From NCBI GenBank assembly GCA_963815115.1, contig CAWFFN010000012.1, positions 448,001 to 512,000 on the forward strand: a DNA stretch of 64,000 bases. The letters are read 5' to 3'. The notes beneath the pieces are model-generated. The model saw only the letters and a list, made by a program, of their open reading frames with translations, was not told the origin of the DNA and ran no database searches. Of the stretch, positions 17,679-28,051 are shown one piece after another. The stretch's first letter is position 1; every line of letters starts with the position of its first letter. The stretch is from an uncultured delta proteobacterium (GTDB lineage Bacteria; Desulfobacterota; Binatia; DP-6). The translations under genes were made by a program, and so were the position numbers.

Positions 17679-19112
17679 TCAGGTGCCCCCGCGATCGACG
17701 GGCGGGTTGCTCGCCCGTCGCAGCTCCTCGATCGCCTCGAGCTGCGCCGCGAACGGTGCCCAGTCGTCTCGTTCCGCGATCGCCGCCCACACCGCTTCGA
17801 CGTCGCCGATGAGCAGGGTGCACGGCGCCGCACGCTGCCAGTAGGGCAGCGCGAGGTGCGCGGGGTGTCGCGGCGTGTATTGCTCGAGGCGCCGGCGGAA
17901 CGTGCCGAACGCATGGCCCACATAGAGCGACGCCGCCGGGCTTTCCCGCGCGCGCGCTTCGCCGGCGACGCCGCCGTACCAGTCGAAGAAGAAGCGATCG
18001 AAGCCCGCGCGGCCGTCGCGGAGGAACTCCAGCGCCGCGACCACGAGACCCTCGTCCTCGTCGGGACCGATGGGACACAGGCCGAGGCGCGACAGGATCG
18101 CGCCGTGCAGGGCCCCGGTGAACGCCGCGTCGTACGTGGCGAGCGCCGACGCCAGCGTGCCGCCCGGGCTGAGGGGGGCCAGGGCATCGGCCAGCCGTGC
18201 GAGGTTCCAGTGCACGGTCGCCGGCTGGCGGCCGAAGGCGTAGAGGCCGCTCGGGTCGAAATAGGCGGCGACGAAGTCGGGGTCGAGGACGGGCAGGAAG
18301 CGATACGGGCCGTAGTCGAAGCTCTCGCCCGTGACGTTCATGTTGTCGGTGTTGAGCACGCCGTGCACGAAGCCGGCGGCCATCCACGCTGCGCACAGGC
18401 GCGCGCTCCGGACCGTCACCGCACGCAGGAATCCCGCCACCAGATCGGCGGCGCCGGCCGCCTCCGGCACGTAGTGCTCGACGGAGAACTCGACGAGGCG
18501 CCGCAGGCCGGCGACGTCGTCGTGGTAGCGCAGGCGCTGGAAGGTGCCGAAGCGGACGTGGGAGTGACCGAGACGCACCAGCACGGACGAGCGCGTGGGC
18601 GACGGCTCGTCGCCGCGCTCGAGCCGCTCGCCGGTCTCGAACAGGCTGAACGACTTCGACGTCGGGACGCCGAGCGCCTCCAGCATCGCCGTCGCCAGCA
18701 CCTCGCGGACGCCTCCCTTGAGGGTGAGCCGGCCATCGCCTCCGCGCGACCACGGCGTCTGGCCGCTTCCCTTGGTGGCCAGGTCGAGGAGCCGGTGATC
18801 CTCCACGTCGCGCAGCTGCGCGAACAGGAACCCGCGGCCATCGCCGAGCGCGGCGTTGTACACGTGGAACTGATGGCCGTGATACCGCAGCGCGAGCGGC
18901 TGCGTCAGGTTGTCGGGCAGCGGGACGAAGCGGGCGAAGTGGTCCTCCCACTCGGCTGGAGTGAGCTCGCCCAGGCCGACGCGATCCGCCCAGCGCTGGT
19001 TCCGATGGCGCAGGGTATGCTGCGGGAAGCGAGCGGGGATGACGGGATCGAAGAAGGCGTCGCCGAGCGCAGGATGGACGGGATCCGGCCGGTAGCGTGC
19101 CGCGACGGGCAT
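17679..19112 (-). CDS. selO: Protein adenylyltransferase SelO (YdiU family)
   Basis: YHGHQF, LGDGRG, KGSGQTPWSRGGDGR, HGVLNTDNM, DYGPY; real start taken as ATG 19112. Confidence 0.92.
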   Translation of the reverse strand: MPVAARYRPDPVHPALGDAFFDPVIPARFPQHTLRHRNQRWADRVGLGELTPAEWEDHFARFVPLPDNLTQPLALRYHGHQFHVYNAALGDGRGFLFAQLRDVEDHRLLDLATKGSGQTPWSRGGDGRLTLKGGVREVLATAMLEALGVPTSKSFSLFETGERLERGDEPSPTRSSVLVRLGHSHVRFGTFQRLRYHDDVAGLRRLVEFSVEHYVPEAAGAADLVAGFLRAVTVRSARLCAAWMAAGFVHGVLNTDNMNVTGESFDYGPYRFLPVLDPDFVAAYFDPSGLYAFGRQPATVHWNLARLADALAPLSPGGTLASALATYDAAFTGALHGAILSRLGLCPIGPDEDEGLVVAALEFLRDGRAGFDRFFFDWYGGVAGEARARESPAASLYVGHAFGTFRRRLEQYTPRHPAHLALPYWQRAAPCTLLIGDVEAVWAAIAERDDWAPFAAQLEAIEELRRASNPPVDRGGT

Positions 19113-19723
19113 CAGAGCGACCGGCTGGCGATGACGATCCACAGCGGGTCCGCGTCGTGCGGCGAGCGGTCGAGCACGCGCGGCTCGTCGTAGCCGCCTG
19201 CGAGCTCGAGGTAGCGGCAGATGAGCGCCAGGCGCCCGCCGGGCTCGAGCGAGTGCCAGGCGGCGATGGCCTTGGTGGGAAACATGCGATGCGACGTGGC
19301 GACGACGTGGAGGCCGCCCGGCCGGAGCACACGGCGAACCTCGCTGAACACCTCGACCGGCCGGACGAGATACTGGATCGACACCGCGTTCACGACGGCG
19401 TCGAACACGCCGTCGTCCCAAGGCAGCGTCGGTGTCACATTGAGATCGCGGACGACGCGCTCGTCGAGTCGGGGGTTGCGCGCCAGCTCCTCGGCGTTCA
19501 TGCCGAGCCCCGCGACCGACGCGTACGGGACGTCGGCCGGCAGGTGGGACACCCACGACGACATCAGATCGAGAACGCGCGCGCCGGCAGGGATGCGCTC
19601 GCGATAGAGCGCCGTCAGGGCGGCGATCGTGGCATCGTCGATGTGGGTGACGAGGCGGGGGACGGCATAGAAGTCCGCGTCGGGCGATTCGTCGAGACGT
19701 CGAAAGAGCTCGGGAGGCAGCAT
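19112..19723 (-). CDS. SAM-dependent methyltransferase (type 11)
   Basis: RLDESPDADFYAVPRLVTHID, VLDLMSSWVSHLP, FPTKAI. Confidence 0.88.
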   Translation of the reverse strand: MLPPELFRRLDESPDADFYAVPRLVTHIDDATIAALTALYRERIPAGARVLDLMSSWVSHLPADVPYASVAGLGMNAEELARNPRLDERVVRDLNVTPTLPWDDGVFDAVVNAVSIQYLVRPVEVFSEVRRVLRPGGLHVVATSHRMFPTKAIAAWHSLEPGGRLALICRYLELAGGYDEPRVLDRSPHDADPLWIVIASRSL

Positions 19724-19811
19724 CGGTTCTCTGCCATACCGCCGCCGCCGCCCGGAGGCGACCGCGGACGAGGACCTTGCGTCGGGTCGTGCGCGGCGTA
19801 CGGTGCCCGCC

Positions 19812-20321
19812 ATGGACGCCTACACGACGATCACGCAGTTCGCCAAGATGCTCGAGAACCTCGATCGCTGGCTCGCGGCGGGTGTCTCCTTCGCGGAGAG
19901 CAAGAAGTTCGACGCCGACGTGCTCGCGCGATCGCGGCTGGCGCCGGATCAGTACGAGCTCGTACGCCAGGTGCAAGCGGCCTGCGATCAGGCGAAGTAC
20001 GCCGCAGCGTACCTGTCCGGCCAGAAGGCGCCGTCACATCCGGACGGCGAGCAGACGGTCGCCGACCTGCGCGCGCGCATCAAGACGTGCCTCGAATACG
20101 TCCGGAGCGTGAAGGCTCCGGCGTACGCCGAAGCCTCGGCGCGGCGAGTCGCCCCGCCGTGGCTCAACGGAAAGTGGATCCGTGGCGATGCCTACCTGGC
20201 CGAGATGGCGGTGCCGAACTTCTACTTCCACGTGACGATGGCGTACGCGATCCTGCGTCACAACGGCGTCGGGCTCGGCAAGATGGACTTCATCGGCTCG
20301 CTCCCCATCAACGACGCCTGA
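19812..20321 (+). CDS. DUF1993 family protein
   Basis: RLAPDQYELVRQVQAACD, PNFYFHVTMAYAILRHNGVGLGKMDFIG. Confidence 0.9.
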   Translation: MDAYTTITQFAKMLENLDRWLAAGVSFAESKKFDADVLARSRLAPDQYELVRQVQAACDQAKYAAAYLSGQKAPSHPDGEQTVADLRARIKTCLEYVRSVKAPAYAEASARRVAPPWLNGKWIRGDAYLAEMAVPNFYFHVTMAYAILRHNGVGLGKMDFIGSLPINDA

Positions 20322-20393
20322 TCGCGGCCGGCAGTTGCTGGTCGAGGATCGGCGCTGCGTTCCCGTGGCCTCGCGCAGGGCCCGATCGTGCGA

Positions 20394-21470
20394 TCAGGCG
20401 ATGACGCTTCGAATGACCTCGCCGGCTTCCATCGCACGGAAGGCGTCGTTCACGTCCTCGAGCTTGATCGTCTTCGATACCATCGACGAGATGTCGAGGC
20501 GGTCGGTCTCGATCAGCTCGACGAACCGGGGAAAGTCTCGCCGCACCTGCGCCGAGCCGTACTTGCTGCCCTTCACCGTCTTCTGCTCGTAGAAGATGCC
20601 GAAGGCCGGTAGCGTGAACTGCGCGTCGAAGCGTGCCATGCCGACGATGATCACGTCGCCACCGCGGCGGGCGAGGTTGTACGTCGTGACGATGGTCTCG
20701 GGGAGGCCGATCACCTCGAACGCATAGTCGACGCCACGGCCTCCCGTGAGCGCCTTCACCTGCTCGACGGGATCGCCGACCGACGGATCGATCACGTCGG
20801 TGGCGCCGAGCTGCGTCGCGATCTTGCGCTTCAGCGGCTGCGGGTCGATCGCGATGATGCGCCCGGCCCCGGCGATGCGCGAGCCTTGAATGACGGCCTG
20901 GCCGACGCCGCCGCAGCCGAGAACGGCGACGGTCGCGCCCGGACGGACGCGCGCCGTGTTCAGGGCCGCCCCGACACCGGTGGTGACCCCGCAGCCGATG
21001 AGCGCCAGCTGCGCGTCGGGCACGTCGGTCTCGACCCTCACCACGGACGCCTCGTCGACCGTCATGACGTTGGAGAAGGTCCCGAGCCCCGTCATGCAGA
21101 AGTACGCGCCGCCGTCGGGGCGACTCCCGCGCATCTGCATCGCGATCTCGTTCTCACGGTCGCAGAGCTCGCTCTGCTCGCGGAGGCAGTGCCAGCAGGT
21201 GCCGCACGCGGGCACGAACGACGCGACGACGCGGTCTCCCTTCCTGACGCGGGACACCTCGGCGCCCACCTCGGCGACGCGCCCGGCGCCCTCGTGACCG
21301 AGCACCATGCCGGGCGGCACGGGCACGTAGCCGCGCATGATCGACAGGTCGGAATGACAGACGCCGCTCGCCCCGATCTCGACCACGACGTCGCGCGGCC
21401 CGGGGGGGTTGGGCTTCAGCTCCTCGATCGCGAGGCTCTTGGGATCTCCGACGTAGACGGCAGCCTTCAT
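20394..21470 (-). CDS. Zn-dependent alcohol dehydrogenase
   Basis: GVCHSD, LGHEGAG, CGTCWHC..C, GCGVTTG, GCGGVG. Confidence 0.93.
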   Translation of the reverse strand: MKAAVYVGDPKSLAIEELKPNPPGPRDVVVEIGASGVCHSDLSIMRGYVPVPPGMVLGHEGAGRVAEVGAEVSRVRKGDRVVASFVPACGTCWHCLREQSELCDRENEIAMQMRGSRPDGGAYFCMTGLGTFSNVMTVDEASVVRVETDVPDAQLALIGCGVTTGVGAALNTARVRPGATVAVLGCGGVGQAVIQGSRIAGAGRIIAIDPQPLKRKIATQLGATDVIDPSVGDPVEQVKALTGGRGVDYAFEVIGLPETIVTTYNLARRGGDVIIVGMARFDAQFTLPAFGIFYEQKTVKGSKYGSAQVRRDFPRFVELIETDRLDISSMVSKTIKLEDVNDAFRAMEAGEVIRSVIA

Positions 21471-21762
21471 GCGTTCCCTCCAAAGCACTGGACGTGCGGT
21501 CGCACCGTAGACCGTCTCGCGGCGTTCGACCAGTGCCGCCCGGCCGGGCGGACCGGCCTCCGCGGGGCCGACGGGCTCCGGGCCGCGAACGCGCCTGGGG
21601 GGGATCGGGCGCCGGCATGGTGGCGCACGCGAGGCTCGCCGGCACGAGGCAAGCGAACGCGCGCCGCGTGCTCGGAGGTCGCAGGCATCGTCGCTGGACT
21701 CCCGGGAACGCGCGCGGCATAGCACGCCGCGCGAGGCGAACGTCAGACGAAGGGGAACGCGC

Positions 21763-23145
21763 GTGGGTGACGACGACTGGAAGCGCTATCCATACGTGCC
21801 CGAGTGGGGCGATCCCTCGTGGTTCACCTTGCCGGACGCCGACGGCCATCGAGCCGATCTCGGCGTCGCGACGTACTTCATCGACGGCTTCCTCCGCGGC
21901 CGGTCCAGCGGGCGATCGTTCGCGTTCATCGTCATCTTCACGGACATGCGCGTGCTGCGGAAGCTCGTGCGCGCGAGCTTCTACACCCTCGCGCTCTACG
22001 ATCTCGATCGCCGCCACTACGGGACGTACACCGAGTACGACTTTCCCCGGCCGCCGCGCATCCGGCGTCGCTACAAGGTGCACGCCGTCCCGGGTCACCT
22101 CGCGCTGCGCTTCGATGCTTCGGCGGGAACCGCCCGCTGGGAGCAGCGTCGCGACGCGCGGGGCGATCTCGTGCCCTTCGCGTGGGACGTCGCGCTGCCC
22201 GGCATCGATCACCACGGCGAGCGGATGTCGCTCGAGCTGGCCATCGACGCGGGGCGACCGCCCGCCCCGCTGGGTGGCCGCCTGCTCGGCGGCGAGATGA
22301 TGTTCCTCGGCGCGCCGCGCACGTTCTCGTACTTCCAGAGCGGTCTCACCATGCGCGGCCGTCTGGCGTGGGGCGCGCACGCGGAGGACGTCGAGGGCCA
22401 GGTGGGGTGGATCGATCGCCAGTGGGCTCCGGACGACTTCACGGCGCACCAGGACTGGCGCTCGACGCGTTACCGCAGCGAGTGGCGGGTCATCCAGCTC
22501 GACGACGGCTGGGACATGAGCTGCTTTCACCAGTACCAGCGTGACGTGCGGAACGCGGTCGTGCCGTGGACCGGTCTCTCGGCGCAGGGGCCCTCCCCCG
22601 GGTTCGAGCTGCGCGCGACCCCGGACGTCCTGCTCACGATCCCCGAGTTCATCCGGAGCCCGGGGATCGTCCGCGCCATGTCGATGCTCACCGAGGGGCC
22701 GCGCTGGTTCCCGCATCGCTACCGCCTGCGCGCGCCGGCGTGGGACCTCGACCTGCAGGCCGAGCCCCTGGTCGACGCCCCCGCCCACGGCCTGCCGATC
22801 GAGTACTGGACCGGGCCCGTCAGGATCAGCGGGACGCATCAGGGGCGAGCGGTCTCCGGCTGGGGATTCGACGAGCGCAGCCGGCCATGGGTGCACGGCC
22901 ACGAGCTGGCGCGCGCCCTCCGGCTGACGGTCGAGCACCTCGACGACGTCGACCCGACGCTCCGGGAGCGCATCTGCTACCGCGCCCGCGAGGTCGAGGG
23001 CCTGGCGCTGCGTGGCGATCCGCGGGCTGCGGCGGACCACGCGCGCCGACACCTCGAACCATGCATCGACGCCGGGACCGCACGGGCACGGGCCCTGCTG
23101 GACGACCTGTTGGTCGCGTTGTCGGGACGCTTCGTGACCCGCTGA
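21763..23145 (+). CDS. AttH/CrtC-like (lipocalin-fold) protein
   Basis: TFSYFQS, VEGQVGWIDRQW, EWRVIQLDDG, IEYWTGPVRISG..G.GFDE. Confidence 0.65.
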   Translation: MGDDDWKRYPYVPEWGDPSWFTLPDADGHRADLGVATYFIDGFLRGRSSGRSFAFIVIFTDMRVLRKLVRASFYTLALYDLDRRHYGTYTEYDFPRPPRIRRRYKVHAVPGHLALRFDASAGTARWEQRRDARGDLVPFAWDVALPGIDHHGERMSLELAIDAGRPPAPLGGRLLGGEMMFLGAPRTFSYFQSGLTMRGRLAWGAHAEDVEGQVGWIDRQWAPDDFTAHQDWRSTRYRSEWRVIQLDDGWDMSCFHQYQRDVRNAVVPWTGLSAQGPSPGFELRATPDVLLTIPEFIRSPGIVRAMSMLTEGPRWFPHRYRLRAPAWDLDLQAEPLVDAPAHGLPIEYWTGPVRISGTHQGRAVSGWGFDERSRPWVHGHELARALRLTVEHLDDVDPTLRERICYRAREVEGLALRGDPRAAADHARRHLEPCIDAGTARARALLDDLLVALSGRFVTR

Positions 23146-23233
23146 CGCCCTAGTTGCGGCGGCGCCAGCCGCTGAGCCGTCTCGACGAACGGCGCTCCCA
23201 CCCGACCGGCGGTTTGGGCTAGAGTTTCCGTGC

Positions 23234-25417
23234 ATGGCCCTGGTTCTGCCGGACACGGCGGAGGAGTTGCGCAGCGAGCTGAGCGACCTGATCGTGCGCC
23301 GCCTGCGGATCGGTCTCCGCGCATTCTTGGCCGGGGTGGTGCTCTTCGTGGTGGCCGATCACTCGCTGATGACCGTCACGCCACGGTGGGCGGACGGGTT
23401 GAACGCCGTCCTGATTGCGCTGGCGGCGATCTTCCTCGCGCTCTCCCGTCGGCCGGCGTTCCGCGCCCACGCGGTTCCGTTGGCGCTGCTGATCGTCGCG
23501 ATGATCTGCGGGTCGCGCGCGCTTGCCGGCATCTGGACGGGTGATCTCGTTCCCACCGCGATCGTGTGCCTGGTGGTGGCCCTCACCGCCGGCGCGTTCC
23601 TACCGTGGGGGGCGTGGCCGCAGCTGGCTTCGGTCGCCATCGCCGGGCTCGCGATCGCAAGCAATGCCTACCTGATCTCCGGCACGTCCGCCCACGCGAC
23701 TGCTCAGCTCGTCGCCGCCGTGTTCACGGCGTTGATGGTGTCGGCCGTGCTCTCATTCGAGCTGCAGCGCAACCACAGTCGCCTCGTCGAGGAGAACATC
23801 CGGCGCCGTCGTGCCGAAGATGGCCTCGCACGGCTCAATGCCGAGCTCGAGTCGAGGGTGAACGCGCGCACCGCCGAGCTCGCGGCCGCCACGCAGCGTC
23901 TCGAGCGCGAGGCGCTCGAGCGCCAGCTGGCGACGCAGGGACTCCGCGAGAGTCAAAAGCGGCTGCAGGACATCCTCGACAATGCCCCGGCGGCGATCTA
24001 CCTGAAGGACGTCGACGGACGCTACCAGCTCATCAACCGCCACCTGGAGACCGCATTCGGGATCCGGCGCGAAGATGCGGTCGGGAAGACCGGCCATGAC
24101 CTCTTCCCATCCGAGGTGGCCGATACCCTGCGAGCCAACGACCAGAGGGTTCTCGCGGCACGACAGCCGATGCAGATCGAGGAGACGCTGCTGCCGCGCG
24201 GCGAAGCGCGTACATACCTGTCGGTGAAGTTCCCGCTGCTCGACTCGGCTGGTACGCCGGTCGGACTGTGCGGGATCTCCACCGACATCACCGACATCAA
24301 GCAGACGGAGGCCGAGCTGCGACGCTCCGAGGCGGCTCTCTCGGCGCTGGTCGAGAACAACACGGACGCGATCTGGTCGGTCGACCGCAAGGGCGTCGTC
24401 ACGGTCATGAACGCGGTCGCGCAGAGGCGCTTCCGCGACCGCTTCGGTGTCGAGTGCGACCCTCTGAACTACGGGGCGCAGATGGCGGAGCCCATCCGGA
24501 CGATGCTCTTCGAGCTGTTCGAGCGCGCCTTTCAGGGCGAGCACGTGCAAGTCGAAAGCTCGATACCGAGTGAGGGTAGTGATCGGTACTTCCTGCTGTC
24601 GATCCATCCGATCGTCGAAAACGGCGCGGTCACCGGTGCGACGGCGTTCAGCAAGGACATCACCGAGCGCAAGCGCGCCGAGGAGCAGGTGCGGCAGCAC
24701 CAGGCCCACCTCGCGCACGTGTTGCGGCTCAACACCATGGGTGAGATGGCGGCGGGGTTGGCGCACGAGATCAACCAGCCGCTCGGCGCGATCGCCAACT
24801 ACGCGCAAGGCTGCACCCGGCGCCTGCGCGGCGGGTCGGTCGACGGCGCGGAGTTGTTGCCGATCGTCGAGGAGATCGCCCACGAAGCGCTGCGCGCCGG
24901 CGAGATCATTCGCCGGCTGCGCGATCTGGTGCGAAAGGAGGGGCCCCATCAGGCGGCGGTGGATCTGAACGCCCTGATCCGCGAGTCGACCCGAATCATC
25001 GGGTCCGAGGCGCTGCAAAACGGTATCCGCGTGGAGCTCGCGCTGGCGCCCGACCTGCCGCCCGTGACCTGTGACAGCATCCAGATCGAACAGGTCCTGC
25101 TCAATCTCCTGCTCAACGGCGTCGAGGCCGTGCAGACCGCGGGCAACGGAGAGCGCTCGCTGACCATCACCACCGCGGCGGCGGGCGCGGCGGGCATCGA
25201 GGTGGCAATCCGCGACAGCGGCGGCGGGGTTCCCGACCCGCCCGCGGACGTCTTCAAGCCCTTCTTCAGCACCAAGCCGAATGGCCTCGGCATGGGCCTC
25301 TCGATCAGCCGGTCGATCATCGAAGCCCACGGCGGTCGCCTGTGGGCGACGCGCAACGCCGACCACGGCAGCACCTTCCGCTTCACCCTGCCGCTGGAGC
25401 GCGCTCCGGCGGCGTGA
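23234..25417 (+). CDS. Membrane sensor histidine kinase with two PAS domains (FixL/NtrB-like)
   Basis: N-terminal TM helices, PAS/PAC (DITDIK, DITERK), LAHEINQPL, QVLLNLLLN, KPNGLGMGLSI. Confidence 0.92.
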   Translation: MALVLPDTAEELRSELSDLIVRRLRIGLRAFLAGVVLFVVADHSLMTVTPRWADGLNAVLIALAAIFLALSRRPAFRAHAVPLALLIVAMICGSRALAGIWTGDLVPTAIVCLVVALTAGAFLPWGAWPQLASVAIAGLAIASNAYLISGTSAHATAQLVAAVFTALMVSAVLSFELQRNHSRLVEENIRRRRAEDGLARLNAELESRVNARTAELAAATQRLEREALERQLATQGLRESQKRLQDILDNAPAAIYLKDVDGRYQLINRHLETAFGIRREDAVGKTGHDLFPSEVADTLRANDQRVLAARQPMQIEETLLPRGEARTYLSVKFPLLDSAGTPVGLCGISTDITDIKQTEAELRRSEAALSALVENNTDAIWSVDRKGVVTVMNAVAQRRFRDRFGVECDPLNYGAQMAEPIRTMLFELFERAFQGEHVQVESSIPSEGSDRYFLLSIHPIVENGAVTGATAFSKDITERKRAEEQVRQHQAHLAHVLRLNTMGEMAAGLAHEINQPLGAIANYAQGCTRRLRGGSVDGAELLPIVEEIAHEALRAGEIIRRLRDLVRKEGPHQAAVDLNALIRESTRIIGSEALQNGIRVELALAPDLPPVTCDSIQIEQVLLNLLLNGVEAVQTAGNGERSLTITTAAAGAAGIEVAIRDSGGGVPDPPADVFKPFFSTKPNGLGMGLSISRSIIEAHGGRLWATRNADHGSTFRFTLPLERAPAA

Positions 25418-25495
25418 CCGCCGTCGGCTCGGGTCCCGCCTGCTCCGGGACGCATTCAGGCGCGCGTCGACGACCCGCCGGATCGGGGCCGCGCG

Positions 25496-26788
25496 TCACC
25501 CGGCCGCACGGTGGACCGCGCGGCTGTCGGCCTTCGCGTCCGACACGGACTCCTCGCCCATGCAGAGCTGCCCGATCGCGATCGCGACCAGACCCGCGGC
25601 CGAGACCGCGAGGTTGCCGCTGCTCTCCGCGATCAACATGGCCGTACCGACCGGAAGGCGGTAGCCCGCGCCGAGGAAGCACGCGGCGCCGAGAAGCGGG
25701 TACACGCTCGTCCCGTCGTGGACGAGCGCGGCCACGAGCTGGCCGATGAACGCGCCACAGGTCGCGAGCGCCGTGAACACCCCGCCCCCGCCTCCGCCGT
25801 ATACGCACGTGAGCGTGGCGGCGGCCCGCACGGCGAGCACGACGGCCGTGAGCCACACGGGACGGGAGGCCGCGAACAGCCAGTCGACGGCCACGTAGCC
25901 CGGGCCGAAGGTGACCCATTCGCCCGCCAGCGCGTGTCCGGCCCACGTCAGGCCGGCCAGCACGGCGCCGGCGACCGCGGCGCGCTCGAGCCGGCTCCGG
26001 CCCCGCGCACGGCGCTGCAGTCCCATGTCCACGTGGGCGAACAGTCGAGCCCCGATGCCGCAGGCCAGCGCGACCAGCCCGACCGCGGCGACGAACGTGA
26101 CGTCCACGGTCGGCGGCGCCCCGCCGAGCGCCACGAGGTGACGCGCGCCGATCAGGCTCCGGCGCGTGACGTAGGACGCGGCCGCCGCCACCGCGCAGGG
26201 GATGAACGGTCGCGCGTCGAGGTCCCGCCGGAACGGCACCTCCATGCCGTAGAACGTCCCGAGCGCTGGCGACGAGAACACCGCCGCGATCCCCGCGCTG
26301 GCGCCGGCGACCATCAGGGAGCGCGAGTCGGCGGGCTCGAGCCGCCACCAGCGAGCGTGTCCCAGGACGTCGCCCATCCCGGCACCCATGAGCGCCGAGG
26401 GCGACTCGAGCCCCTGGGCGCCGCCGAACCCGACCGTGGTCGCGGCCGCCAGCACGCGCCCCGGCAGCTGTCGCAGCGGGATGCGGCCCTCCGGATCCCG
26501 GTAGGTCTCGATGTAGAGCTCGGCCGTCGACGGTCGGGCCACCCGCGTGACCCGGACGGCGACCGCGAGCGTGGCCAGCAACGCGAGCGGTGCGAGCGCC
26601 ACCGGCACGAGGCCGGGAAGCGCGGCCAGCCGTCCGAGCGCCTCGCCTTCCACGACGGCGGTCGCGAGGGCCACGCACGCCCCCGTCAGCACGCCGAGCA
26701 GCCCGGGCGCGAGCAGCAGGAGGGCGACCCTCCGCCCGATCTGCGCGCGCGGCGCCGGTGACCGAGAGATCTCCACCGCGCGACGCAC
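25496..26788 (-). CDS. ClC chloride channel/transporter family protein
   Basis: GFGGAQGLESP, GASAGIAAVFSSP, GGGGGVF, many TM helices. Confidence 0.82.
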   Translation of the reverse strand: MRRAVEISRSPAPRAQIGRRVALLLLAPGLLGVLTGACVALATAVVEGEALGRLAALPGLVPVALAPLALLATLAVAVRVTRVARPSTAELYIETYRDPEGRIPLRQLPGRVLAAATTVGFGGAQGLESPSALMGAGMGDVLGHARWWRLEPADSRSLMVAGASAGIAAVFSSPALGTFYGMEVPFRRDLDARPFIPCAVAAAASYVTRRSLIGARHLVALGGAPPTVDVTFVAAVGLVALACGIGARLFAHVDMGLQRRARGRSRLERAAVAGAVLAGLTWAGHALAGEWVTFGPGYVAVDWLFAASRPVWLTAVVLAVRAAATLTCVYGGGGGGVFTALATCGAFIGQLVAALVHDGTSVYPLLGAACFLGAGYRLPVGTAMLIAESSGNLAVSAAGLVAIAIGQLCMGEESVSDAKADSRAVHRAAG

Positions 26789-26854
26789 TAGAAGAGGAGT
26801 TCGCGCGCACGGTCAACCGGGCACTCCGGTCGCGCACGACCTGGCCCCTGCCGG

Positions 26855-28051
26855 TCACGTGACCGGCAGCGTGAACTGGAACGTGCAGCCCTCGCCGGCT
26901 GCGCTGTCCACCCAGATGCGGCCGCCGTGCCCTTCGACGATCCTGCGGACGATGGCGAGGCCCAACCCCGTACTGGGCTCGCCGGCGGTCCCGCGAACGC
27001 TCAGCTTGCTGAATGGCCTGAACAGCTTCGACATGTCCGCCGCGGGAATTCCCTGACCCTCGTCCTGCACGGCCACCGTCACCGCCTCGCCGGAAGGCGT
27101 CATCCGGACCCGCACCCTCGTGCCGCGATGGGAGAACTTGACGGCGTTGCCGATGAGGTTGTTCAGCACCTGCTCGATCTTGCCGGCATCGACGGGGACC
27201 TTCGGGCACGGCGGCGGCGGGTCGAATTCGACGGTGATGTCCTTCTTGGCGGCGAGCACGCCGTTCAGCGTCACGTTGCGACGGATGAGCTGGGCCACGT
27301 CGGTGAGCTGCCGGTCCAGCTTCAGCTGGCCCGCCTCGATCGCCGTGACGTCGAGGATGTCGGTGACCATCCGGAGCATGAACTGGCTCGTGTCCTTGAT
27401 CGTGGTGATGAACTCCCGTTGCTCCTCGTTCAGGACCGAGGCCGCCTCGCTGTCGAGAAACTCGGAATAGGTGAGAATGACACCCAGCGGGTTGCGCAGA
27501 TCGTGCGCGGCGATACCCAGCAGGCGGTTCTTCTGCTCGTTCAACCGCTCCAGCTCGACGTTCTTCTTCGCCATCTCGCGCTGCAGGTTCACCATCTCGT
27601 TGTTCAAGGCGGTGAGCTCGTCGTAGACGTCGGCGTCGCGCCCGGCGCGTTTTGCCACCGCAACGGACAGCTCCTTGGCGGTGGCACGCGAGACGTTCGC
27701 CTGCTCGTTGTTGATGCGCATCAGCTGGTCGTTCATGTGGGCCAGGCCATTGCGAGATTGCGCCGCCAGGATCAGGAATTCGTCGTCGACCAGTGCGCCG
27801 GCAAAATGGAGCGGCATCAGCGTATCGTCCACCGCGACGGTCATCTCCCAGTCGTACGCCGCCTGCCGGGTCTGCAGCTCCGCCAGGAACCGGCCGAGCT
27901 TCTCTCGCACGCCCGGATCCACCATGTCGGCGACGTGATGCCCCGCAGGGACGCGCCCCGACAATCCCAGATCGTCCCGCACGATCCGCCGGACGATGCC
28001 GTCGCGATCGCAGGCGAGGACGATGCCCCGCTCCGCGACATCCGGACTCAT
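26855..28051 (-). CDS. Cytoplasmic sensor histidine kinase
   Basis: ATG 28051 overlaps the upstream TGA; PAS-like N-terminus, AAHDLRNPL, NLIGNAVKFS, TGLGLAIV. Confidence 0.9.
   Translation of the reverse strand: MSPDVAERGIVLACDRDGIVRRIVRDDLGLSGRVPAGHHVADMVDPGVREKLGRFLAELQTRQAAYDWEMTVAVDDTLMPLHFAGALVDDEFLILAAQSRNGLAHMNDQLMRINNEQANVSRATAKELSVAVAKRAGRDADVYDELTALNNEMVNLQREMAKKNVELERLNEQKNRLLGIAAHDLRNPLGVILTYSEFLDSEAASVLNEEQREFITTIKDTSQFMLRMVTDILDVTAIEAGQLKLDRQLTDVAQLIRRNVTLNGVLAAKKDITVEFDPPPPCPKVPVDAGKIEQVLNNLIGNAVKFSHRGTRVRVRMTPSGEAVTVAVQDEGQGIPAADMSKLFRPFSKLSVRGTAGEPSTGLGLAIVRRIVEGHGGRIWVDSAAGEGCTFQFTLPVT

Noticed and set aside
19113-19976. N-terminal extension of SelO suggested by the 765-aa ORF
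   Set aside because: It overlaps the methyltransferase and DUF1993 genes; SelO homology starts at ATG 19112.
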